A program made the position numbers and the translations under genes. The notes beneath the pieces are model-generated. The model ran no database searches. It was not told where the DNA came from and saw nothing but the letters and a program-made list of their open reading frames with translations. A DNA stretch of 63,094 nt, filler included, from Choristocarpus tenellus KU-1152 (Eukaryota; Protista; Phaeophyceae), in NCBI GenBank assembly GCA_964200185.2. It is 10 parts of 10 records of this genome, joined end to end, with 100 filler letters (N's around TTAATTAATTAA, not from the genome) between each part and the next. Parts side by side here need not be neighbours in the genome. Positions count along the whole stretch, not along the records: positions 21,604 to 31,049 come from CAXNAD020003669.1; positions 31,150 to 35,512 come from CAXNAD020014910.1; positions 35,613 to 40,919 come from CAXNAD020011204.1; 7 more parts are not named here. One strand, 5' to 3'. Below, piece after piece: positions 23,470 through 35,698 of the stretch (the first letter of the stretch is position 1; the number at the start of each line of letters is the position of its first letter).

Positions 23470-26400
23470 CTACATGGCCATTGCATCGGAATCATCACTG
23501 TCACAGTCATCATACTCATTTTCTCTTTCATCTTCCACAACCTTATTGAGCACCTGAAATAAACAATAAGTTGATGGGGGGCTGGGTGAACTTCAAAAAT
23601 GACAAGTGACATAACATGGCACCCTTTCATACATATCTTACATCTTTCATAAAAGTTACAAAACAAGAAGATAGAGAGGGTTAGGGTTAGGGGGGCTTGG
23701 AAAAAAAGAGTATTACAGCATGTGCATGGTTTAAATAATACAAGATTTCAAACACACTAAGTGAGCAGGATTTTTGTGTATAAAAATTCTTCTTCCACCT
23801 CCTTGCAGTTTGGACAAAACACAACAGTTATGATTGTAATCAGAACCATGTCACTACAACAATCAAGTCCTGTGTTTTCAAATGCTCAATTTCAAGTACT
23901 TTGTCAACACCAACGCCATCCAAGTTCTGGCAAAAAAAGACTGAAGAAAACAACATGAGCATTTTTCTGTGAACAGAATAATGCCTCAGCGTTTTTCATC
24001 CAGGGAGGCATGCGATCATCCAAAAAAGGCAGAAGGTTCACTACAGCATCTCCCCCCCCCCACCTTTATAAAATAAAAGGTTCTGTTAATAGGGTTTGTA
24101 AATCTAACTGCAGTCCAAACAATGTTCTCTCTGAGGGGTCAAATCTCTCCCACTTCTCCCTCAAAATTTTCCAGAGGTTTCAGCCTCTTGGAGAAGTTTA
24201 CTACTAAAAAAAATAATAGTGATATATGTGTATGGTACAGTTTTTTCCAGTAGTGATGGGGTATGGTTTAGTTGAAATCTGACACATGTCTCTTGTAAGA
24301 TTTTTTTATTATCTACAACAACGCACTCCAGGTTTTATCAACAGAGCACTGACAGGGCATTGTACCCTCTCCCATGTGACATACAAATACATGGCAGCAG
24401 TTCACAACTCGAGTTAATCAAATCTTCCCAAAGAGAGTAAGTATACAATTTCCTGTATTGATAAAATTTTCGTTTGGAGAACAAAAATAAAAGATTAATA
24501 AAAATATTCTTTGTGGGGAGGAGGGGGGGGCAGTATTTTCCTAATTGTTCTCCAAGATAAAATTGTTAACACATCAGAAGCAAAGAGAGCTTTACAACAC
24601 ATCAAATACATGCAGCCACTACTCAAATTGATCTATAGTTCATAAAGTACCCTACTGGGGTTAATGTTCAGGATAGTTGGGGTTGTTTTCAGAACATGAG
24701 CTATTTGAAAGATTTACCACATGTTACATAGAGTCCAAATGCAGGACAGACCAGAGTTGTACGTGTAACATCACCTTCTTGGCCAGTGGAGCAATAAATC
24801 TCTTCTTGAGCTCTAGTCCAGAGGGCTGTGAGGGGTCTCTCTCTGCATCCTGATAGAACTTGCTAGAATTCAAGATAGCTGTAACCTCTTCACAGTTATT
24901 GCAAATTATGTTGATCAACCTGGATCATGATCAACACCCCAAAGTAGAGAAAGAAGCACTTAGGGCACACTCCACACCTTGCAACATGTAAGATGTTATG
25001 GTCACAAGTTGGTGTAACTTGAGCCTGCCCAATTTACAAAAAAAAAAGCTCTATACACTGTCAATAGAATGTCATAGCTACTATATACCTCTTGCTAGAA
25101 ATATCAATAGACTAGTCTAGTCTAGAACTAGACTAGACTTGAACCTGTGAATGGTTGGAACTGTCATCAAACACTTCCCCCCCCCGACAAAAAACACCCT
25201 AACCCTAACCCTAACCCTAACCCTTGCCATTGATTCTGTAATACAAGTAGGAACTTGTACTATCCATTTTTTCAAAAAACGTATGAAAGTTAAAAAAAAT
25301 ATCTGATCAATACACTGATCAATATACTGTTGTGTATCATCATTGCTCCAGCTCGTAAGAGAAACAGGAAGTGTACACATCTCTATGCACCTCCACCCGC
25401 CATCCCCCCCCCCAGCCCAATTATTTAGGAACTGCAGAGGTACAGCTACACAATAGCACCACAAGTCACCACAAATCATTTGTATTGTATGATGCACATT
25501 GCCATAACTTAAAAAACCAAGGAAGTGCAGGGAAAAACTCACTTGTGTAGCCTGCCCCCTTTGGCCACCCTCTTGTTGGGGATACGGCAGCTTTCTCGTT
25601 TAGCCCAGGCAAAGCATCCATTAACATCATCCTTGGACCAGATATCGTAATTTGTCTTGACACATGTTACACATTGGGATTTTAAAAAATCAATTTGTGA
25701 ATCAGAACAGGTATTTTTTGAAATTTGGCTAGTGTGTTACCACAACTCACAATTGAGGCTAGAAGCACCATGGATTTTATCATCTACTCAGCAACACAAC
25801 AAAATACCCCTAGAAAGTCTTGACCATGAAAATATGTATCAATGCACTGTACCATGTGTGTGAAAATATGTGACTACTCATGTGTGTTCACTACAACCAA
25901 TAGTGCAACCACAACATCACTGTGGCAAAAACCTACACATTGGAGTACACACCACAGTGGAGTTCAACATCTAAGAAGGCATGATTATTATCATTACAGT
26001 GATGTCACCTTCTTTGCCATGATGTCTGCCATGTCATTTCCACTCATGCCCACTGAGCCCTCCTCTTGATGAGCACCAGCCCTTTAGGAACAAAGCAAAA
26101 AAAAAATCAGTCAGCAGAAGACCATGCTAGTAGGAAAGACCATGTGGAAAAAGCACTCTAGTGGATCAACCAGCATTGCACTAAACTTGAACACGGTCTG
26201 AATCCACATAGCACTACAAAATACCTAAATGATCTCATAGAAAAAAAAAAATCAACACGCAGGTAGACATAAAAAAAGTACAACTGTAGCCTAACACACT
26301 GAGAGGCAGGCCACTCGAACCGTTTCAAGGATTACATTAAAAAAAAAAAGGACAAATAATAATCGACAGCATGCACCAGGCTAACAACAGAAAGTTGTTC

Positions 26401-27674
26401 ATGATGACTGTCTTCCTTAAGAACAAATAAAACGAAAGTAGAGATATGATGCATAGCCACCCAACGCCATCCCTAAACTTAACCCTAACCCTAACCCGAA
26501 ATTGTCCTTCGCCCTCAAGAGTAATACTGGTGCACTGGTCTAAAGTGCTTTGAGACTTAACATCTCACCTTTGACCCTTGCGACTGGCCCTCAGCTGTGC
26601 ATCCTGTCATTTTTTGTGAAACAGTGTTAGGGATAGGGTTAGGGTAACATGCCTATAATAATAGTTCAACGTGATGAAAACCTGTTGATTAAATATAAGA
26701 AATGAACACAAAATTGTTGGCCAACTTTGCCTGGAACACTCATGAAAAGAAGAAACCTATGTAATCACACATCTAGTACAAAGTTACTTACAGCTACATG
26801 AACCCATTGCAGCAAATGGTTTGTCATTCATTGAATATACAGCACTGGGGAGAAGGTTTCTTGCAGTATCATGTATTTACATCAAATAGTATCAAATAGT
26901 GAAAGACGAGAGGAGAATATTGACAATAAAAACTAGGGGTATAAGCAATTCAGACACTGCTTTCCAGTAGACATAACACCAACAATCGATCAAATAATAG
27001 CCGAAAAAACACAAGTACTAGCTTTCTTCACATTCATTGCCTGATACCAGTGTCATCAGTTTGGCCTTGAGTTATTGCTCTCATTCAAAAAAACAGTTAA
27101 CAAATATTATAGGATAGAAAATTCAAGGCTCAAGACTCTTATCTCTCAGCCATTATCAGGCTGGGACACAAAAAAACATGAGACAGCATTGCCCTAATGC
27201 GATCCTATCCTCCCACTAGAGGGGTCTCTAGGCATCCCATCCCTCCATTACTTGTCTCGGGGCCGACCTTCTCTGCAGATAGCTCCTCCCACTTGTCATG
27301 ACCACCAGTTTGCTTCAAAGTGGGAAAAGGGGATGATGGCAGGTGTCAGGCAAGGGTGTGTCGGCGAGGGGTGTAGGATCCTCTGCAACTTTCATCTAAA
27401 AATAACTTCAAGTAACGACAATAGCGAAATTGATTCATACTGTGAAGATGAATATATATACATATGTATAACTGAGAAACACAGTGAGGAGAGCATGAGC
27501 CAACTTCATAGAAAGTTGGCGGTAGTCGTTCTGGGCACACCCACGCATGCACAACGTCACCTTGGGGCGCGCCCAGCTTCCTGCATCCGTCGGGGGCGGC
27601 ACATACTTCATGCGGGGTGTGGAGGGCGCAGGCTGCGCGGCCCCAGCCCGCGCAGGGGGTGGAACATACACCAT
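23470..27674 (-). CDS. Complete spliced gene for an unknown ~200-aa protein
   Basis: Seven phase-consistent exons give MVYVPPPARAG...WARPK | QTGGHDKWEELSAEK | DAQLRASRKGQR | AGAHQEEG...IMAKK | TNYDIWSKDD...GRLHK | LINIICNNCEE...PLAKK | VLNKVVEDE...AMAM*. Confidence 0.7.
25195..25223 (+). repeat. Interstitial telomere-like (CCCTAA)n tract
   Basis: About four perfect units here. Shorter tracts occur near 16467, 22360, 23678, 26480, 26626, 30629 and 49370. Confidence 0.85.
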
Positions 27675-28507
27675 GCGTCCAGTTCTTACTTCGCGCTTCT
27701 TCTCTGCGGGCTGTGAACAAAATGCAGTTCAGGGAGAATTATGTGTGCAATGAGCAAATCCTGCCCAAGAAGTTCTAAAGTCGGCAGAATACTAGCCCTG
27801 ATATTCTCCACAAATGTTATTGTCTATGAGTAGGGTCTGCATTGTGATGCAACGTAATGCCAGTTATTACATCAACTCGAAGTTTTGCGTCTCGAAGTCA
27901 ACATTGGAAGTGGTATGTTGTGAAAGGGCAATCATGAGCATCACTTGGGGTATTTCAGCATTCGCGAAACATATTTAAAGGGGAGCTTTTCGCAACTTCT
28001 CTGCAAAGAGAAGGGCAAAGTGTCAACCAATGCAATGCAACTATTAGGATGTGGGTGTGCACTATTTACTCCACTCTTACCTTTGAGCTTCCCGCCTTTG
28101 CTGCCCACGACATTGCTAAAAATCGACAATTAAAGGTCCAGAACAATGCGACGCTCTTGCTAGTACTTCGTTTTGACCTGTCACTTTGTTTAGTCTCGCT
28201 GGGAGCAGCCTCTTCGACGAGGTGAACCTCTACTTTTTATGAAGAGATTTTGTCCGCCTTTGTATCTGAGGAAAGGAAGGTGAAGAAGTATGTGACAGAA
28301 ACCTCCTACGGAAATCCTGAAAAAAATATATATACCGACTCTGAAACCGTCTTTCTGTCAACCTTTCCTTGTTGAAAGTTTTGGATTGTGGATACAAAAA
28401 CCGCTCCTATCCTTGTACAGTTTGGTATCCATTACAACCAAGCTCCATACTGCACCGTTTTCGTGTGTACACTCTCAGTCCGCCCTGCGACCCTTTGTGT
28501 TAAGGAT

Positions 28508-30296
28508 ATGGCATGGACACATGACTCGAGTAAATTGTCGTTCTCCCCAAAGAGTTCACCTTCGTTGGCCTTCAACAACCTTACTTGCAGTGATTCGAAC
28601 ATGGTGACCTCACCTTCCTCTCTTTCTATACAATAAGATCAACAATATCGACAGAAATTGAACGAATCTTCAACTCAGAGTATTTACAGTGAGGAATGAA
28701 AAGGAGTAAAAAAAGGCACATACTCTACTCCGTGTTCTGAACTCAAACATTTACTGATCGCATCAAACGCTGATCGGGGTCCTCCGTTCCACTGAAGGCC
28801 TTCATACAGAAGGGCAGCGTCATGGTGTTCGACCTGGATGGGAAGAATCGTCGCATACTAGACAATGAACAAGGCATATACGCGCACCAGGTGATAAGTG
28901 CAACATCTAGTGAGGTTGGGTGCCCCTATAGTATGTCTCGTGCTGAAGTGCCTCCATGTTGGTGTACGTCCTGGGGTACATCCATAAACAATATTACTCT
29001 CTATACACATCGTTCCAAATGGTCTATCAGGATAAGTTTTTGCGGGAACAAGGAAAGCTCACCCCGTGTTTCACTCATGTCACATGTTGTCAGGCTTTCT
29101 TCTGTACGGTGGATTGCGAAGAGCTGTTGGTGGTAGCTCTCAACACAGGAGTACAGGTGAGCTTGCAGCCGAGAATGGGGAGATCTAGACATTCTTATTA
29201 AAGTCGGCGGTTTTGTTTTAAAAAACAACTTCTAGGGAGGACAAGACTCGGGGCAGAGTTGCTACACATATCTCGAAACCTTTTGTGCGCTTGAACTTGG
29301 TGATTGCCTTGAAGTTGGAGGAGGATGACAGAAGATATGACGAGATCATCATGTAAAGCACTCGATAGGTACAAAAAGACCAGACTGGCGTGGAAATAAG
29401 TTGATGCACTGATGTTGTGCAGATTTTCCACTCCTTTTCAAATGTCCTACAGTGAAACAAGTTCCTACACTGACAGCATTGTCCAGTGAACCTATCAGAA
29501 ACATATTCGGCAGTACAGCTAGATTAGGGTATGCCTAGTACTCAGCATAGGTGGTGTGTTGTAAACAAGGAAAGTAAGCAATTTTTAATCAAGTAGGTTT
29601 GTGGGGTCAGTCTGTATTGATTATCATCTGGTAAGCAAATTCCCTAATATTCTATTTTCCTTGGGGCTGACTGACATGGTTAGGTATGGACTGGAGATGC
29701 TCAGCGGATGATGTACTTCTTCGATGAGAGCACTGACATGAAGCTCCGGGGGAAGGGAGTACACCATGCACAGGTTAGGCACTCGACATTGTACTTTTCC
29801 TGACAATACATCCGTATGGATAAGAGAGCTTTCTACCGCTGTTCAGATGAAATTGAGGAAAAACACTTGAGGGGGATATTTTGTTTTGACATAGATTACA
29901 ACTATTCCAGCATCCACTATTGAAAATATTCTTCTCATGACAGGTATTTGTCTTACTATTATTGCTACTACTAAAGTAGTGAGTATGTATTAGTTCATTG
30001 GGAGTATAACACAATTTTGTGCTTTCTCCAATCTAATTACCAAAAAATGCCAGAGGCATTGTACTGGGAACAAAATATGGACTTCTGTTCCATTTTACTG
30101 TACTCAGCAATGGCATTAAGACATAATAGTCACTGCCATGAAACTAGGCAAATTAACAAGTCGCACAAGCACACATATAGATAACAATAGATATCCCCAA
30201 ATCTGCAACATCGAACAGGGGATCGCATATGTCCCTGGAGGGAATCACTTCCTGGTTGGGTGCAGCGACGGGGATGTGTTGGTGTTTGAAGTGCAT
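28508..30296 (+). CDS. WDR54: WD repeat-containing protein 54 homologue, 5' five exons
   Basis: Exons 28508-28603, 28798-28890, 29094-29156, 29684-29773 and 30219-30296 are all phase 0. They give KSSPSLAFNNL...QAFFCTVDCEELLVVALNTGVQVW...GIAYVPGGNHFLVGCSDGDVLVFE, colinear with the WDR54 motifs (ALCNNL, QVHWC...LLVLTSHRGIQ, RGIAA..HFICVG..SGRVLVFD). Confidence 0.8.
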
Positions 30297-30878
30297 GTAA
30301 GAATCCTACCCAACAAACAAAAATAGATACCTGTGTGCGCCAGGCAAAGCTTCAATTTTTCCAATAAAGGTTTGTCCAAACATCAAGCTTGAAATTCTCA
30401 AAAGGAAGAGAGCCAAATCGATTGAGAGGTTGGCAGCTTTCGACCCTTTTACATTCCAGGCCATCTTACTTACCCTGTGCAATACACTCTACTTCATTGC
30501 TATGTGTGCATAATAGTGTACGCAAAATTGATTTCTCCCCTTTCCACACACAAAGTGACACCACAATTCAGCAAATGCTTTTTCTGCAAAATGCAATATT
30601 TTTTCCCTTTCTCGAGATCCTTAAAATGTAACCCTAACCCTAACCCTACCTCTCAGTTGGTCTGACACATGTACAAAACATCTGGTTGATGGGATTGTCC
30701 AGTTCCACTTAAATCAAACATTTTTCTTCAGTGTTTGCAGCATCCAGTAGTTACATGTGCAACTTATCAGTAAGCCTTTTGTGATCCTTTGTGGTCTACT
30801 GTGCCTCCTGTTCTTCCTGTGTCAACCCTACTCCCCCGACACTTGCCACCAAATGATCGTATTTCATCATATACAACA

Positions 30879-31049
30879 GAGTGAAAGTATCTTAGAGGGT
30901 ACGAGTTTTGACCTGTTTGTCCATTTGGGGCTTGGCTTCCCATGGGTTCTTTTATGACATTTTCCTTCTCCGAAATGTTTAGGAGTAGATAAAGTGTATA
31001 TGTTATGAAAAAGTGTGTCAGGAACATGGATATTGACACTTCCTAAACA
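30879..31049 (-). mobile_element. 260-bp Sola2-like MITE, truncated by the gap
   Basis: It begins GAGTGAAAGTATCTTAGAGGGTAC and is the reverse complement of the 3' part of 49841-50098. Confidence 0.85.
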
Positions 31050-31149
31050 NNNNNNNNNNNNNNNNNNNNNNNNNNNNNNNNNNNNNNNNNNNNTTAATTA
31101 ATTAANNNNNNNNNNNNNNNNNNNNNNNNNNNNNNNNNNNNNNNNNNNN

Positions 31150-31172
31150 CCCCCCCCCAGATACTTTGAGCC
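31150..31172 (-). mobile_element. Terminus of poly-G-type Sola2-like element
   Basis: (C)n-AGATACTTTGAGCC at the contig start. Confidence 0.6.
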
Positions 31173-31382
31173 TTTTGATGACATGTTACAGCAAACTTTT
31201 CGTGGCAGAGCAAGGGAATAGCAAAAAACACGAAGGTTATTATCCAAACCTTGCTTGGGTAGTATTAACCCCCTATTTGATTTGCTCTCTACATAGCTAC
31301 CTTTTCTTACTTCTCCCACACACAGTCAGCTTCCAAACCCTTCTCGTGAGTCCAATGCCCTTGTAACACCCCCTTGATACAG

Positions 31383-33673
31383 GGGCAAGATGAGGTTCCC
31401 TGTGGGGCGGTTGTGACAGACTATAACGATGGGGTTCTCATCCCTACCAACATCGTCAACTCTACAAACGAGGAAATCCGACGACTTGGGGGTGAGAAGG
31501 TAATGAGTCAAAACACCTAAAGAGGGTACGGCTGCATCCGTTCGGGATCATTAACCCAATGTTACGATTTTGATGAATTTTGGCTATCGTGTTTGTTAGC
31601 AAGTGTCAATATCCTTGCTCCCAACATACCTTTCATAGTTGTATGCATTTTAGGTAACTGTGTTCACTCAGAAATCCGAAAAAGGGCATAAACACCCGTG
31701 GGAAGCCAAACCCTGAATGGACAAAGGGAAAAAACTACTAAGTTCATTAATGGTTTGGGTCAATGGGTTATTTTTTGTACATTTGAGACTTACAACAATA
31801 TAGTTGAGTACTCTACCAAGAGAGGGTCTGACATGACCGCAAGGATGGAAAAGATGGGCTGTGGAAACCTGGGAGAGCAATAGAAATCCTATCATTCTTT
31901 ACCATTTCATTCACAGTTCAAACCCCTAGCTGGGATGTTGATCCTACTCAAGTTGTTCCCCAACTTTTCGAGGAAATACTATGAGTGCTATTGACGCTGT
32001 TGCTGCCTACAACATGCAAACAGGTGCGCATTCTGAACAAGATCAAGCATTTCAGAAAGAGTATCAACTTGATGCAATGGGACAAGACATATCTTGACGA
32101 GCAGGTCTGATACATGGTAGCACTAGGGCACAGGCAGATTCTTGTAACATCCCCCTGCATATATGGTGGAAAGGTGTCCAGGCAGTTAAGGAGTGAAGAA
32201 TAAATGTTGTGTACAACTACGTTTGCATTATCAGGAAACACTTCATTAATTACTCTAGTTCTATGGAGTGGACCTCAGTTGTTACTATTGTTCATATTTT
32301 GTGCAAGCTCCTCCTGTGAAGGTTTTCTCTACTGTTTGTGGAGCACTCCTTGACTCCTTGTCAAAGAAAGATCAGGAGAAGAGACCTTTTCTGCTGTTTG
32401 CGCATCATGACCGCAGGTTAAGGATCTGGAGGAATACTACATCGACCTGCAGTTGTTGCGGGTGACAAAGAAGCTCCAGGCAGTATTAAAGGGTGATGGT
32501 GGAAACAAGGACAAGGAACTCATGCAGAAGATGGAGGCAAGGGTGGAGCTGATGGGCAAGGCTCATGAAAGCAAGGTGCACAATGTCCAGGCTCGAGTGC
32601 AACGAATTGATTGAGACCTCTACTCTTCCATGCAATACCTTGTTTCTATTAATTATATGCTTTGAAAAAAACAATGTATGCCAATGATCGCTGCGCACTT
32701 AAATACATGATGGGATTCAAATTCCTGAGAGTAGCAATCCAGGAAATATATATATATATATTGTATTTCTTCTTTGTGATGTTATATAAATAGCTCTGTT
32801 TTGAAGAATACTTCAACACATGAAGTAGAAGACTGGTATTGTGCACTGCAGTGTCGTTTGTAGGTAGTGCTGTCGTGTTGGTTGAAGGTCATTGGATACG
32901 AGTGCATTGCCATGCATCTCTCCCCAATGTTGAACTGTTCGTCCAGAATGTGTAGAAAGAGAGATCTTCCTCAAACTTGCAAACACACATGTAATCACCC
33001 TCCCATTTTGCTTTTGTGGTCTTTGATAATGCTACGTCTAGGTACACAAGGTGAGACAAGCTAATGCTAAGATCGCCCAACTGTTGCAAGAGCGGAGTGA
33101 CGAGAACCAGCGGGTGTCAGGTCAGCTGTCTGAGCTGGAGAGCAATGTACACATACGGGAAGCTATCTACCGTAGCCGTATAGAGGCTTCTGGAGGGGAG
33201 ATCAACCCTGCACAACAGGTGAGTTCTAGACTTTGTTAATATTGAAACTAAACACATTCAATCACAGTAATTTATATCTCTTCTCAGGGCAGTGGGTCAG
33301 AAAATCATTAACTAAGGATAGAGAAAGACTCTCTCTAGGTACACCTTAAGTTGGTACACCTTGGGAGTATTGAAGGGTACATTGCCATGTTTCTGTTATC
33401 ATTACACCTGAAGATGCTCTGACCCTTCCGGCAATGAAAGGTGAGCAATGCCATTGTTCTTCCTCTAATATATCGTCTACCTGTCAACCCAAGGCTGCCA
33501 GGAGAATGAAGCGTATCACCACAAGGAGACGCCTGATTGATCTTGCTCGAGGACAGACTGACGAAATTGAGGCTCTTAAAGCTGAGCTGGATCGCCTGCG
33601 CCAGCGAACCTTTCCCAGCTTTGCGCATGCAGCACGGAACCGCAGCATGCTCTGTCCTGATGAACGCTTCTGA
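31383..33673 (+). CDS. CFAP43: Cilia- and flagella-associated protein 43 (WDR96), last five exons
   Basis: Exons 31383-31499, 32024-32104, 32417-32575, 33042-33218 and 33494-33673 give GQDEVP..VVTDYNDGVLI..EEIRRLGGEKVRILNKIKHFRKSI...DLQLLRVTK...RRLIDLARGQTDEIEALKAELDRLRQRTFPSF. This matches the conserved CFAP43 C-terminus. Confidence 0.88.
31505..31737 (+). mobile_element. Degenerate 260-bp MITE in a CFAP43 intron
   Basis: GAGTCAAAACACCTAAAGAGGGTAC...TTTTGGCTATCGTGTTTGTTAG.AAGTGTCAATATCCTTG...CCCGTGGGAAGCCAA matches the family. Confidence 0.75.
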
Positions 33674-35450
33674 TATTCAAATAGTGAAGTACCGCTGTTG
33701 CATTGGGAAATGGGTGCCGAGAAGAAGGCATATTCATATTTATATATATTTATATATATATATATATATATTGGTGACGTGGAGACATGGCATGATACAA
33801 ACAAACATCACATGACATCAAGGACTGGAGGCGATCAATAATATGATGTTTACATATAGTAGGAACAACTCTCCATCACATCTTGTGGGCAACATTTGAA
33901 AATGAAATGATAATATTTCTTTGAGTGGCACAGGCAGACCAACTATTTTGCTGATATTTAACTCTTGGGGCCAACAAGTGGTCACTTGAGGTTTACAGGA
34001 ATCACGCATTATTGGTTAATTTGAAGAAGCTTGTGTATGATAAATGTTTAATTGGTACTTGGAGTTTGGTAGTGGAGTGTAGTATGTTGAATCTATCAAG
34101 TGGAGTACCCATTATCCTCAATGGATCTCATTTAATAAAAATAGAGCAGAAGGAACACCAACCAAAAAAGAATTAATCCATCCATCCATAGGTTGTCCAT
34201 CCATCCTCCACCAGTATTTTTCAAACTACATATTTGGCTGTCCAATTTAAGTGGGTGAAAGGGACGTCAACCATCGTTGAATATCAGGTGGCACCATACT
34301 TGTTTGAAGCATGCTCAGGAGTGGGTTGGAAATCTTGTTGTGTTACATAGTAGATGGGACTCTGGGGAAACCACAGTGTATTCTTACGTATGGCAATAAG
34401 AAACAAGAGATAAACACAAGAAAATGACCTAGAGCAACAGTCTCTTATAATACTTCTAAGTAGTAGTGTGTGCTTAACGCCAAATATGTTTGGTGAGAAG
34501 TGTGCGAGATGGTGATTTCCAGGTTCCTTGTGTGGAGTTGGCCATGAGGAACAGCCAACCCGATTATGCCACTAGGGACACACTCAGAGTAACGTTCACA
34601 TTGCATAGTGAACATTCGATGAGTCATGAGCTATGGAGCAGCACTTTTTTTCCTGGATCGGGCATCCGTTTTTGAATTAATTTGTTTTATCCGATAATCG
34701 ATATCTCGAAATGTACACTGACTGGCACTGCATGTTATGTCTGAAAAACAGGCGACGGAGGGAGGAAGAATATCATATCGGATTTCTCAATGTTTACATT
34801 TTTACCTCATTTCAATTCATCCATTCAACTTTCTAATTTTTAATATGATGTAATGCTTGCGAGTACTATGATATGGCTGTGAGCGTACTTCTTGACTTTC
34901 TCGTCTTGACCACGGCATGATCACGGAGCATTATGGTGTCCAAATGTCACACAATACCATATAGTAGTGTTCTGAGTATAAAATGTTCTGAAGCATTACG
35001 AAACAGCAAGGGGAGGATGGTATACTTAGAACGCTAAACTTGAGCATTTCATACCAGCCAAAGTTCTCCCGATATCGCGATAATACAACCATGAGAAAAG
35101 CAGTTTACGGGAATGCCTGGGTGATGTCATTATTCGTTGTTGCAAATGAGTTCAATCTGACCCCTAGACCACCTCTTGGGAAATCCCAGACTATAGTCAG
35201 CTTCTCCACTTATGGCACTCTCACTCTATGCATTCCTTGGAGATTTGCAAACATTGTAGGCAAGTGCGTACTTATGGAGTAGGAGACTCATGTGGCACAT
35301 AGTATTCCTGTATGTGTGATAGGTAGCGACCTTTCCTATTCTTCCTATTATGCACTGTGGTGAAGTTCTGGCAGTGGTTGAGTAAGTTGTGATGATGAGC
35401 TAACGATATAAATAGCGACCATTGCAGTAGACAAACCAACATTCGGTATA

Positions 35451-35512
35451 ACGGGTCTTTCTCAAAATTGAGGATGGTGCAGGACTATAAGGATGGTTGT
35501 TTTGCGAAAACG
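35451..35512 (+). mobile_element. DNA transposon terminus related to 2650-2712
   Basis: It shares the AAAATTGAGGATGG...AGGATGG blocks and lies at a contig end. Confidence 0.45.
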
Positions 35513-35698
35513 NNNNNNNNNNNNNNNNNNNNNNNNNNNNNNNNNNNNNNNNNNNNTTAATTAATTAANNNNNNNNNNNNNNNNNNNNNNNNNNNNNNNN
35601 NNNNNNNNNNNNTATTTCCAGTGCAGAACAGATCATTTCCCCCCCCCTCCCCCCCCCCCTCTTTTCTTGTCCATCCCCCTGCTCTGGAAAAACTGTAG

